Under the pieces are notes generated by a model. The model was given only the letters and a program-made list of their open reading frames with translations. It did no database searches and was not told the origin of the DNA. From positions 11,064 to 75,063 of the forward strand of contig JAKSKR010000003.1 in the NCBI GenBank assembly GCA_024401645.1: a stretch of DNA of 64,000 nt, in the 5' to 3' direction. The translations under genes and the position numbers were made by a program. This DNA comes from Paludibacteraceae bacterium. GTDB taxonomy: Bacteria; Bacteroidota; Bacteroidia; Bacteroidales; Paludibacteraceae. Numbering within the stretch: the first letter of the stretch is position 1; each line of letters opens with the position of its first letter. Shown here in pieces: positions 37,352-46,304 of this stretch.

Positions 37352-38245
37352 ATGAAGAAGTTTTTATTCATAACGTTGCTTATGTCGGTGTTGGCATTCT
37401 TTAATGCCAATGCTAAAGTCTATACGGTCCAAAGTTTGCCGGTTGTTACCCGTGGCACTGCAAAGTTTGTTTGTAATCCCGATGGTATTTTGTCCCCAGC
37501 TACTGTCAGTTCCATTTGTAGCAAGATGCAAAAATTGGAAGACAGCACCAGCATTCAAGTGTTGGTGGTGGCGGTCGATAGCATCAGTCCTGAAAGTGAT
37601 TACGATTTTGCTGAAGAGGTTGGTAACCGCTATGGCGTTGGCGTAAAGAAGTACAATAGCGGATTGGTCATCCTGTTGGTTCGCAGCATGCGTGCCATTC
37701 GTTTTGTTACGGGTGAAGGTTTGGAAGGCGATCTGCCCGATGCTATCTGTAAACGCATTCAGTACCAGCGAATGGTTCCTTATTTGAAAGAGAATAGGTG
37801 GGACGAAGGCATTATGGCTGGTGTAGATGCTGTTTATGGCCAACTTCGCGGCACTGAAAGCTTTGCTCCAATGGAAGAGCAAATTGAAGATTTGGAACTG
37901 ACACTTACCGATTGGATTATCATCATCTTAATATTGGGTATTCCGTTGGCATTAATCATCTATTCGGTTTATCGCAGCGGTCGTTGCCCTTATTGCAAGG
38001 CAAAGCTCCAATCGGTAGGTCAAAAAAGTTACCGCACAGGTTATAAGGAAACCATATTAAGGAATTATTTGTGTAGCCATTGCGGCCGTACAATTACCCG
38101 TAAGTCTATTATCGACCATACGCCTCGTTCTTCTTATGGCGGCGGTGGTTTTGGCGGTGGCTTCGGCGGCGGTGGCGGCTTCGGTGGCGGTTCTTCCTTT
38201 GGTGGTGGCAGCTTTGGTGGCGGTGGCGCAGGTAGCCGTTTCTAA
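37352..38245 (+). CDS. TPM-domain protein (YgcG-like) with TM segment, 4-Cys zinc ribbon and Gly-rich tail
   Basis: Signal peptide, then the TPM-like VLVVAVDSI...GVGVKKYNSGLVILLVRSMRAIRFVTGEGLEG, a TM segment, CPYCKAK...CSHCGRT and a GGGGFGGGFGGGGGFGGG tail. Confidence 0.8.
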   Translation: MKKFLFITLLMSVLAFFNANAKVYTVQSLPVVTRGTAKFVCNPDGILSPATVSSICSKMQKLEDSTSIQVLVVAVDSISPESDYDFAEEVGNRYGVGVKKYNSGLVILLVRSMRAIRFVTGEGLEGDLPDAICKRIQYQRMVPYLKENRWDEGIMAGVDAVYGQLRGTESFAPMEEQIEDLELTLTDWIIIILILGIPLALIIYSVYRSGRCPYCKAKLQSVGQKSYRTGYKETILRNYLCSHCGRTITRKSIIDHTPRSSYGGGGFGGGFGGGGGFGGGSSFGGGSFGGGGAGSRF

Positions 38246-38277
38246 CGATTAATAATTGAAATTCTAATAATAAATTA

Positions 38278-38892
38278 ATGATGAAAAACTTATTCGCTCG
38301 CTGCATCCAGTTCGTGGTTGTGGCATTCTTGGCAATCAACATGTCTAGCTGTAGCTATAATAGCTTTGTAGGACAGGAAGAGAAGGTTAACGAAGCTTGG
38401 GCAAACGTTCAGACTCAATACCAGCGTCGTCTCGACCTTATCGACAACTTGGTAAACACTGTTAAGGGTTATGCTAAACACGAAAAGGAAACTTTCGAGT
38501 CTATCACCCGTGCGCGTGCTAACGTTAGCAGTGCTATTAACGTTAACATCGATGATCTCGATGAAGAAAAAGTTGCTGAAATCCAGAAGAAGTTGAACGA
38601 GGCTGCTTCTCAAATGAACTCTGGTTTGAGCCGTTTGATTGCTGTTTCTGAAAATTATCCTGATTTGAAGGCTAGCGACCAGTTTAAGGAATTGCAGGCT
38701 CAATTAGAAGGTACAGAAAACCGCATTGCTGAAGCTCGTAAGAAGTACAACGGTGCTGTTAAAGAATACAATACCGCTGTTCGCGAGTTCCCTGGCCTTA
38801 TCACTGCTAAAATCTTCGGTTTCAAGACCAAGTCTATGTTCGAGGCTGAAGCTGCAGCTGCTCATGCTCCTAGAGTTGACTTCAACGACTAA
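38278..38892 (+). CDS. LemA family protein
   Basis: 204 aa with ...EKVNEAWANVQTQYQRRLDLIDNLVNTVKGYAKHEKETFESITRARA...YPDLKA...F.ELQ.QLEGTENRIA..R..YN, typical of LemA. The start could be ATG 38278 or 38281. Confidence 0.88.
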   Translation: MMKNLFARCIQFVVVAFLAINMSSCSYNSFVGQEEKVNEAWANVQTQYQRRLDLIDNLVNTVKGYAKHEKETFESITRARANVSSAINVNIDDLDEEKVAEIQKKLNEAASQMNSGLSRLIAVSENYPDLKASDQFKELQAQLEGTENRIAEARKKYNGAVKEYNTAVREFPGLITAKIFGFKTKSMFEAEAAAAHAPRVDFND

Positions 38893-38911
38893 TTGAATTC
38901 AATTATACAAG

Positions 38912-38951
38912 AATGGGGTTGTGCCGTTTGGTACAACCCCATTTACTTTTT
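38912..38951. terminator. Hairpin between convergent LemA (+) and helicase (-) genes
   Basis: aatggggttgt (38912-38922) pairs with acaaccccatt (38933-38943), followed by tactttttag. Confidence 0.75.
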
Positions 38952-38978
38952 AGCGACTAACCCATTGGGTTGGTCCCA

Positions 38979-40925
38979 TCATTCTTCCTGTTCTGTTTCT
39001 GCTTCTCTTTCCTCGGCTTGTGTTGGCCTTTCTATCTTGCCGTCTTGTTCCACGTATTCATATAGTTTTTTGTAGAATGGGTGGCGTGTAAGTGTGTCGG
39101 CTGCTCCAACAATTATCAGCTTCATTTTTGCACGTGTCATGGCAACGTTCATGCGTCGCAATTCACGTAAGAAACCAATGTTACCTTCCTCGTTGGCACG
39201 GACTAGGGAAATGAGTACAACGTCGCGTTCTTGTCCCTGAAAACCGTCTATCGTGTTTACGGTTATAGCTCGCTTTATGGGCTTCAAGGCGGCGCTGTGC
39301 TTAACTAGTTGGCGAAGGCGTTGCACCTGGTTCTTGTAAGGCGAAATCAGTCCAAAGTCAATGCGTTCGTCTAGTATGCGCTTAATGCTCACGCTATCGG
39401 CATAGGCTTCTAGAGCTTTAACTATGAATTTTGCCTCTTCTGTGTTGTAGCGTCCGCTTAAGTCGGCAGTTGCCTCTTCATTATAGTCTAGGTCGCTGGT
39501 GTCAAGCCAAACCATAGGTGCTTCGTATTCCAATATATTTCTGAACCTAACGCTTGGCGAAGATTTCAGTTGCCCTTGGTAGAACCAGTCGGAAGGAAAT
39601 TTGGCTATGGCTTCGTGCATGCGGTACTGGGTGTCGAGTAGTTGCACGCAGTCGGGGCGGCGTTTGGCCACCTTCTCCATCAGTGTAACATCCAGTCCGG
39701 CATGTGCGGCCTCCATGCATTTTATGGTTGGCGGCAGTTGGCAGTGGTCGCCGGCAAAAATCACGCGGTCGGCTTTCCTAATGGCTATCCAGCATGCCGC
39801 TTCTAGCGCTTGTGCAGCTTCGTCGATGAAGACCGATTGAAAGCGGATGCCGTCTAGTAGGCGGTTGGCTGCTCCGGTTAGTGTGCAGGCCACAATGCGG
39901 CATTGGTCAAACAGGTCGTGGCGTATGCAAAGCTCCAAATTGGTGCCTCTATCCCTCAAGCTGTTTATTTTTTCGTGTATGGCGCGCCTGTTGCCTGTTT
40001 TTGCTTGGCTGCGTAGTTGGCGCATGGCTTGCCTCACACTCCACAATTCGCTGTAGAGTGGGTGTGCTTCAAAACGGCGTTCATAGGTGAAGCCTAGCAT
40101 CTTGTCGGTAACGCGTGTGGGGTTGCCTATGCGCAACACACTCACGCCACGGTCGTTCAGTTGCTCGCTTATCCAGTCTACGGCCATGTTGCTCTGTGCG
40201 CAAACCAGTATCTGGTTTTCTCGGTTCAGCACCTCGCAGATGGCTTCAACTAGGGTGGTTGTTTTTCCGGTGCCCGGAGGGCCATGCACAATGGTGACGT
40301 CTTTCGCGTTCAGCACCTTGTTGACGGCAGCTTCTTGCGAAGGGTTTAGCCATGGATAGCTAATTGGTGCGTTGTTTCTGAAGTTGGCTGGTTGTGTGCC
40401 AATCAGTATGTCGCGCAGCTGTGCTGTGCGGTCGCCTTTGGCACGTTCCACGTTGCGCAGTGCTTCAAACATCAGTTGGTAGGTGGTTTCGTCAAAGTAG
40501 AGTTGCACACCCAGGTTCTCTGCTGTTTTCAGCACGTTTATTTCTTCTTCCCGGTTCAGTACTACCACCATGCGGTTGCCGTCTACGTAGCTTATCTGTC
40601 CGGTTACGCCATTCAGTTTGGCGTCGCCTAGTCCGCTTTGGGTGAAGAAGCTGACAGGCTTGCCGTACTCAAATTCAGTGTCCTCTTGTGTTTGTTCTTC
40701 TGTTGGTGCTGTCCTGAAGACGTCTACGCAATATTGGTTGATCGAATTGTAGTAGGTGCGGCCCAGGGTTAGAGGAAACCAGCAAATGCCGCGTTTCACT
40801 TTCCATGCTATTCCGGTCAGTTTCGAACGTTCTTCGTAGGCCTTCTTCTCAAAGTCGTACTCCATTTTCAGCAACTGTTGCTGCCTTTGAAGGTTGCCTG
40901 TTACTATATCTTTAGGGTCACTCAT
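38979..40925 (-). CDS. Superfamily 1 helicase, Upf1/DNA2/IGHMBP2-like (AAA_11/AAA_12)
   Basis: 648 aa with Walker [25 protein letters not shown] (motif II), ...GDHCQLPP..., YRMH, and GFQGQERDVVLISLVRAN...NVAMTRAK. Confidence 0.88.
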   Translation of the reverse strand: MSDPKDIVTGNLQRQQQLLKMEYDFEKKAYEERSKLTGIAWKVKRGICWFPLTLGRTYYNSINQYCVDVFRTAPTEEQTQEDTEFEYGKPVSFFTQSGLGDAKLNGVTGQISYVDGNRMVVVLNREEEINVLKTAENLGVQLYFDETTYQLMFEALRNVERAKGDRTAQLRDILIGTQPANFRNNAPISYPWLNPSQEAAVNKVLNAKDVTIVHGPPGTGKTTTLVEAICEVLNRENQILVCAQSNMAVDWISEQLNDRGVSVLRIGNPTRVTDKMLGFTYERRFEAHPLYSELWSVRQAMRQLRSQAKTGNRRAIHEKINSLRDRGTNLELCIRHDLFDQCRIVACTLTGAANRLLDGIRFQSVFIDEAAQALEAACWIAIRKADRVIFAGDHCQLPPTIKCMEAAHAGLDVTLMEKVAKRRPDCVQLLDTQYRMHEAIAKFPSDWFYQGQLKSSPSVRFRNILEYEAPMVWLDTSDLDYNEEATADLSGRYNTEEAKFIVKALEAYADSVSIKRILDERIDFGLISPYKNQVQRLRQLVKHSAALKPIKRAITVNTIDGFQGQERDVVLISLVRANEEGNIGFLRELRRMNVAMTRAKMKLIIVGAADTLTRHPFYKKLYEYVEQDGKIERPTQAEEREAETEQEE

Positions 40926-40936
40926 TATTCAAATTT

Positions 40937-40997
40937 TTTGCAAAGATAGTTAGAAGCTGTTTAATTTCTTATATTGGTGAATTTTATGAGTGCTTTT
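40937..40997 (+). repeat. About 60-nt intergenic module homologous to 54849-54914 (one arm of the palindromic element near lpxK)
   Basis: tttgcaaa...agaagctgtttaatttcttatattggtgaattttatgagtgctttt aligns with tttgcaaa...agaagctgtttaaatttttttattggcgaattttatgagagatttt. By-eye alignment gives roughly 40 of 46 identical in the core. Confidence 0.75.
40941..40948 (-). promoter_or_regulatory. Candidate -7 box (TATCTTTG on minus strand) for the helicase gene
   Basis: The + strand reads caaagata. It lies 15 nt upstream of ATG 40925, so the leader would be short. Confidence 0.4.
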
Positions 40998-41009
40998 CCC
41001 TTAAAAACG

Positions 41010-41042
41010 AAAATCCCCGCGCTATATCAGCGAGGGGATTTT
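41010..41042 (-). terminator. Rho-independent terminator of glnN
   Basis: aaaatcccc.cgc pairs with gcg.ggggatttt. On the minus strand it is followed by TTTTCGTTTTT. Confidence 0.75.
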
Positions 41043-41095
41043 CAGCATTAGCAATTATTAAAATCAAACACAGTTTTCTGTGTAAGAGTACTCTC

Positions 41096-43282
41096 TTATC
41101 GGATGAAGAGCATTTCGCGATATTTAGGAAGTGACCACATTTCGTCTTCTACGATTTCTTCGAGCTTGTCGATGTGGTAGCGTACAGATTCCATGTATGG
41201 TTCAACCTGATCGTGGTATGCGATTGCCTTTTCACGTTCGCTTTCAATCTTGTTAGCAACCTTACGTGCTTCAACCATCTTTGCAACGTTTTCAGCGATG
41301 AATGCGTTGTGCTCTGCAATCTTTTCGATGATGATGATGTTGTTTGCGTTCAACTTGTCAGCCTTGTCACCGAAGATTGACTTCATCTTGGTTACGTTGT
41401 CGATGAGGGCGCTCTGGTAACGGGTAGCCATTGGAATGATGTGGTTCATTGCCATGTCGCCGAATACGCGAGCTTCAATCTGAATCTTCTTGGTGTAAGT
41501 TTCCCACTTGATTTCGTTACGTGCTTCAAGCTCGTTCTTTTCCATAACCTTCATGTCGTGGAACATCTTGATGCTTTCTTCGCTCAAGTAGTTGTCGAAG
41601 ATGAGTGGGCAGCTCTTTTCGCAGTCTAGGCCGCGCTTTGCTGCTTCCTTCTGCCATTCATCGCTATAACCGTTACCGTCGAAGTGGATAGGCTTGCAAG
41701 TCTTGATGTCTTCGCGAAGTACGCTCAAGATAGCTGCTTCTTTAGCTTCACCCTTCTTGATCAATTCGTCAACACGAGTCTTGAAGTTGGTCAATGCTTC
41801 TGCTACTGCGGTGTTCAATGCAATCATTGCTGATGCGCAGTTTGCTTCAGAACCTACAGCACGGAACTCGAAACGGTTACCGGTGAAGGCGAATGGTGAA
41901 GTACGGTTACGGTCGGTGTTATCGATCATCAATTCAGGAATCTGTGGGATGTCGAGCTTGTAACCCTTCTTACCTGAAAGCTTCAAAATATCTTCGGTGT
42001 CATTCTTTTCAATGTGGTCAAGCAATGCTGACAACTGTGAACCCAAGAATGAAGAGATGATTGCAGGAGGTGCTTCGTTTGCGCCAAGACGGTGTGCGTT
42101 GGTTGCGCTCATGATTGATGCCTTCAACAAACCGTTGTGCTTGTAAACACCCATCAATGTTTCTACGATGAAGGTTGCAAAACGCAAGTTGCTAGCTGCA
42201 TCCTTGCCTGGTGCGTGCAAAAGTACGCCTGTATCGGTGGTCAATGACCAGTTGTTGTGCTTACCTGAACCGTTAATGCCGTCGAATGGCTTTTCGTGAA
42301 GTAGGCAACGGAATCCGTGCTTGCGTGCAATCTTCTTCATCAAGCTCATCAACAACATGTTGTGGTCTACTGCCAAGTTACATTCTTCGAAGATTGGAGC
42401 AATTTCGAACTGGTTAGGTGCAACCTCGTTGTGACGGGTCTTACATGGAATGCCAAGTTCAAGTGCCTGAATTTCCAAGTCGCGCATGAATGCTGCTACA
42501 CGTTCAGGAATTGAACCGAAGTAGTGGTCATCCATCTGCTGGTTCTTTGCTGAGTTGTGACCCATCAAAGTGCGGCCAGTCAATACCAAGTCAGGACGTG
42601 CTGCGAAGAGGTCTTCGTCTACCAAGAAGTATTCCTGTTCCCAACCCAAGTTTGCGGTAACTTTTGATACGTTTGGATCAAAGTATTTTGCTACTGCTGT
42701 ACCTGCTTTGTCTACTGCAGTAATTGCCTTCTTCAAAGGTACTTTATAGTCAAGTGCTTCACCAGTGTATGATACGAAGATGGTTGGGATCATCAAAGTG
42801 TCACCAATTACGAATACTGGTGATGTTGGATCCCATGCAGAGTAACCACGTGCTTCGAAAGTTGAACGGATACCACCTGAAGGGAATGAAGATGCGTCTG
42901 GTTCCTGCTGTACAAGTTCCTTACCGCTGAAGTCTTCTACCATACCGCCCTTCCAGTCGTGTTCCATGAATGAGTCGTGCTTTTCAGCAGTTCCTTCTGT
43001 CAATGGCTGGAACCAGTGTGTGCAGTGTGTTACGCCAAGTTCCATTGCCCAAGTCTTCATGCCTTGTGCAACTTCGTCTGCAATCGCACGGTCGAGTGGT
43101 GCACCATTCTCGATTACGTCGATCATTTTCTTGTAAACCTTCAATGGAAGGTACTTGAACATTTTCTGTTTGTTGAATACGTACTTCGCAAAGAATTCAG
43201 AAGGACGTACTTCGGGAGCTGGAACCTCTACGGGTCTCTTTTGGAATGCTTCCTTTACAACTTTGAATCTTAATGATGCCAT
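41096..43282 (-). CDS. glnN: Glutamine synthetase, type III
   Basis: 728 aa, the GSIII size class. N-terminus MASLRFKVVKEAF...FAKYVFN, ...HNEVAPNQFEIAPIFE... and ...NGSGKHNNWS..., as in Bacteroides-type GlnN. Confidence 0.93.
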   Translation of the reverse strand: MASLRFKVVKEAFQKRPVEVPAPEVRPSEFFAKYVFNKQKMFKYLPLKVYKKMIDVIENGAPLDRAIADEVAQGMKTWAMELGVTHCTHWFQPLTEGTAEKHDSFMEHDWKGGMVEDFSGKELVQQEPDASSFPSGGIRSTFEARGYSAWDPTSPVFVIGDTLMIPTIFVSYTGEALDYKVPLKKAITAVDKAGTAVAKYFDPNVSKVTANLGWEQEYFLVDEDLFAARPDLVLTGRTLMGHNSAKNQQMDDHYFGSIPERVAAFMRDLEIQALELGIPCKTRHNEVAPNQFEIAPIFEECNLAVDHNMLLMSLMKKIARKHGFRCLLHEKPFDGINGSGKHNNWSLTTDTGVLLHAPGKDAASNLRFATFIVETLMGVYKHNGLLKASIMSATNAHRLGANEAPPAIISSFLGSQLSALLDHIEKNDTEDILKLSGKKGYKLDIPQIPELMIDNTDRNRTSPFAFTGNRFEFRAVGSEANCASAMIALNTAVAEALTNFKTRVDELIKKGEAKEAAILSVLREDIKTCKPIHFDGNGYSDEWQKEAAKRGLDCEKSCPLIFDNYLSEESIKMFHDMKVMEKNELEARNEIKWETYTKKIQIEARVFGDMAMNHIIPMATRYQSALIDNVTKMKSIFGDKADKLNANNIIIIEKIAEHNAFIAENVAKMVEARKVANKIESEREKAIAYHDQVEPYMESVRYHIDKLEEIVEDEMWSLPKYREMLFIR

Positions 43283-43353
43283 AAAATTAGCGTTTTTATT
43301 TATTAATTATTTTGTTTCTTTTTTGTGTCGACTGCGTTTCTTTATCGACGTTG

Positions 43354-43361
43354 CAAAATTA
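43354..43361 (-). promoter_or_regulatory. Candidate -7 box (TAATTTTG on minus strand) for glnN
   Basis: The + strand reads caaaatta, about 72 nt upstream of ATG 43282. Confidence 0.45.
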
Positions 43362-43806
43362 TACCTTTTTTGTGGTGTGACATCTAAAATTTACCTTATA
43401 ACACATTATTTTTTAATGTTTATGATAATTTTATCTGTTTTTTCGTTGTTTTTCTTATGAATTGATAGATTTTTCGTTTGTTTAGTGATTGTTGATAACT
43501 TTTATTTTTATGTAAATTCCGTCGGTTTTTCGTTTTCTGTGATTTTGCCCATTGTTATAGGTCGATTTTGCAGTTTTTGTGAGTCGTTTTTGTGTAAATT
43601 CCCCTTTGTACGGGTTCAAAATCCGCTTTTGTCCCGTTAAATTGTGGAATTTCGACAAAAATGGCCGCTTACAATTTGTAACCGGCTTTTGGCGTTTGGT
43701 TCTAAATCGTAATTCTTCACATTTTTTCATACCTATTATATATAGGCGACTAAAAATTCGGCTTACGATATGTAAGCAAACTAATAGGCACCTTGCAAAA
43801 TTTCAT

Positions 43807-43814
43807 TATTTTTG
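43807..43814 (+). promoter_or_regulatory. Candidate -7 box (TATTTTTG) for ubiE/menG
   Basis: Exact TAnnTTTG 52 nt upstream of ATG 43867. Confidence 0.45.
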
Positions 43815-43866
43815 TAAAAAATTGGATAGTGTGCCTTCTTGCACCCTGTCGCTATCTCTTTACCGA

Positions 43867-44610
43867 ATGTCAGATATTAAAGTTGAAAAGGTGTTGCCTT
43901 ACGAAAGCAAGGGCAATAACAAGACTGAACAAGTTGAGGAAATGTTCGACAAGATTGCCGGACAGTACGACACAATGAACCATTTGATGTCTCTCTTCCA
44001 AGACCGTAACTGGAGGCGTAGTGCCTTGCGTTCTTTGATTGACCTTAGGCCAAAACGCATGCTCGACATTGCTACCGGTACTGCCGACTTTGCAATTAGT
44101 GCTTACGAAGAGCTGGAGCCGACAGAAATTGTAGGCATCGATCTTTCGAAAGAAATGCTCGAGGTGGGTAAGAAGAAGATTGAGGTGAAGGGATTGGACA
44201 AAATCATTTCCTTGGAACAGGGCGACAGCATGTCCTTGCGTTTCGACGATAATGCGTTCGATGCGCTAACTGTGGCTTTTGGTGTCCGAAATTTTTCTGA
44301 TTTGAAGAAAGGGCTTTGCGAAATGAACCGTGTTTTGCGTCCGGGTGGGCGTGCGCTCATTCTCGAACTTAGCGAACCTACCAATCCGCTTTTCAAGTTA
44401 GGCTACAAGTTCTACACCAAGTGCATCATTCCGCTCATGGCGAAGGTGGTGGCTAAAGACTTAAGGGCTTACGAATATCTGCCAGAAAGCATTGCCGCTT
44501 GCCCTCAAGGGCAGGAAATGGCTAGCCTTATGTTGGAGTGCGGTTTCTCGTCCGTTTCGGTTTGTACCTTCATGTTTGGTGCGTGCTCGCTTTATGGGGG
44601 CGTTAAATAA
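43867..44610 (+). CDS. ubiE: Demethylmenaquinone/ubiquinone C-methyltransferase
   Basis: MSDIKVEK...VEEMFDKIAGQYDTMNHLMSLFQDRNWRR...MLDIATGTADFA...LTVAFGVRNF. I place the start at ATG 43867; the track ORF is extended 96 codons into intergenic DNA. Confidence 0.9.
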   Translation: MSDIKVEKVLPYESKGNNKTEQVEEMFDKIAGQYDTMNHLMSLFQDRNWRRSALRSLIDLRPKRMLDIATGTADFAISAYEELEPTEIVGIDLSKEMLEVGKKKIEVKGLDKIISLEQGDSMSLRFDDNAFDALTVAFGVRNFSDLKKGLCEMNRVLRPGGRALILELSEPTNPLFKLGYKFYTKCIIPLMAKVVAKDLRAYEYLPESIAACPQGQEMASLMLECGFSSVSVCTFMFGACSLYGGVK

Positions 44611-44635
44611 TTTTGAAAGTTTCTAGTTTTAAGAT

Positions 44636-45643
44636 ATGAAGATTTTAATTACCGGTGCTTCTGGCTTTATTGGCAGCTTTGCTGTTGAAGAGGCTTTGCG
44701 CCGTGGTTACGAGGTTTGGGCTGGCGTGCGTGCTAGCAGTAGTCACGAGTACCTCGATAAACCCGGTACCAACTTTGTTGACTTGCCTTATGCTTCGCCC
44801 GAAAAATTAGTGGCGAAGTTGCAGGAAATGAAGCAACAGATTGGTCGCTGGGATATTATTGTGCACATAATGGGCTTGACCAAGTGTAAGGAAAAGTCCG
44901 ATTTCGACCGTGTCAATTTCGAATATACCAAGAACTTTGTTGAAGCCTTGCGTCAAACCGGCATGGTGCCTCAACAGTTCGTTTATATGAGTAGCTTGTC
45001 TGCAATGGGGTCGGGCGACCCTGTTTCCCTTAAACAGATTGACTACACCGACGAGCCCAAGCCAAACACGCTTTATGGACAGAGTAAGTTGAAGACCGAG
45101 AACTATTTCCGTTCTTTGCCCGATTTCCCTTACACCATTCTTCGTCCTACAGGTGTTTATGGGCCGCGTGAAAAAGATTATTTCGTCATGTTGCAGACTT
45201 TGCAGCGTCACATTAATCCGGCTATTGGTTTCAAACCGCAATACATTACCTTTATTTATGTAAAGGACTTGGTAAAGGTCATCTTTGCTTGTGTCGACAA
45301 GCAGAAGATACACGAAACTTACTTTGTTGCCGATGGCGATGTTTGGACGAGCGACGACTATGCCGCTTTGGCTAAACGCAAGTTAGGCGTGTCGTGGACC
45401 ATTCCGTTGCGCGTGCCTTGCTTCTTGGTGAAAGGCATCTGTGCCATTATGGAAGAGGTGGGCAGCTGGTTCGGTAAGTTCCCAACCCTCAACAACGATA
45501 AGTACAACATCCTTTCGTCGCTGAACTGGAAGTGCGATACCAGAAAGTTGGTCGACGAACTCGAGTTTAAGGCCGATTATCCGCTCGAAGCTGGTCTCGA
45601 CGAGTGCATCCAATGGTATCGCGAGAAAGGTTGGATTAACTGA
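44636..45643 (+). CDS. NAD-dependent epimerase/dehydratase family (extended SDR) protein
   Basis: MKILITGASGFIGS Rossmann motif and the YGQSK (YxxxK) catalytic motif. 335 aa. Confidence 0.85.
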   Translation: MKILITGASGFIGSFAVEEALRRGYEVWAGVRASSSHEYLDKPGTNFVDLPYASPEKLVAKLQEMKQQIGRWDIIVHIMGLTKCKEKSDFDRVNFEYTKNFVEALRQTGMVPQQFVYMSSLSAMGSGDPVSLKQIDYTDEPKPNTLYGQSKLKTENYFRSLPDFPYTILRPTGVYGPREKDYFVMLQTLQRHINPAIGFKPQYITFIYVKDLVKVIFACVDKQKIHETYFVADGDVWTSDDYAALAKRKLGVSWTIPLRVPCFLVKGICAIMEEVGSWFGKFPTLNNDKYNILSSLNWKCDTRKLVDELEFKADYPLEAGLDECIQWYREKGWIN

Positions 45644-45671
45644 TTTTTTATTTTTTGATAATTTATTAAGT

Positions 45672-46289
45672 ATGAAGATAGAAAACAACAAATTTGTGGC
45701 TGTGTCTTACAACCTTATCGTAGGCGAAGCCGAAAACGATGCTACCGTTATGGAAACGGCATCTGCCGAACGCCCTTTAGCTTTCATTCCTGGTTTGGAT
45801 ATGATGATCCCTAAATTCGAAGAAGCACTCATGGGTAAGGAACAGGGCGAAAAGTTCGATTTCTGCCTTAAGCCAGAAGATGCTTATGGTTTGCCAGACC
45901 CTAACATGTTTGCTAACATTCCACTCGATGTTTTCCGCGACGAAAAGGGTAAGATTGACTACACTACTGTTGCTGTTGACCACACTCTTCCTATGATGGA
46001 TTCTGAAGGTAACGTCCGTCATGGTACTATTGTCGAAATCGACAGCAAGAAGAATGTCGTTCTCATGAACTTCAACCATCCTTTGGCTGGCGAAACCTTG
46101 CACTTCGTTGGCGAGGTAATCGAGGTTCGTGAGGCTACTGCCGAAGAAATGGCTGCTGCTACTCAACCTCACACTTGCGGCGGTTGCGGCGGTGGTTGCA
46201 ACGGCGGCTGCGGTGGCTGTGGCGACAAGGAAGAAAAAGGTGGTTGCTGCGGTGGCGGCGAAAAGAAGGGTGGCTGCTGCCACAGTTAA
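45672..46289 (+). CDS. slyD: FKBP-type peptidyl-prolyl isomerase SlyD-like with Cys/Gly-rich metal-binding tail
   Basis: FKBP/IF-domain pattern (...LAFIPGLDMMIPKFEEALMGKEQGEKFDF...NHPLAGETLHFVGEVIEVREAT). The tail reads HTCGGCGGGCNGGCGGCGDKEEKGGCCGGGEKKGGCCHS. Confidence 0.85.
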   Translation: MKIENNKFVAVSYNLIVGEAENDATVMETASAERPLAFIPGLDMMIPKFEEALMGKEQGEKFDFCLKPEDAYGLPDPNMFANIPLDVFRDEKGKIDYTTVAVDHTLPMMDSEGNVRHGTIVEIDSKKNVVLMNFNHPLAGETLHFVGEVIEVREATAEEMAAATQPHTCGGCGGGCNGGCGGCGDKEEKGGCCGGGEKKGGCCHS

Positions 46290-46304
46290 TAGCATTTCAT
46301 AGCA

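Noticed and set aside
43482-43866. 82-aa minus-strand ORF (43482..43730) and the 96-codon upstream extension of ubiE (43579..43866)
   Set aside because: Both lie in T/A-rich intergenic DNA. The 82-aa product is just Lys/Arg-rich from A-runs. ubiE has a canonical N-terminus at ATG 43867, preceded by a -7 box.
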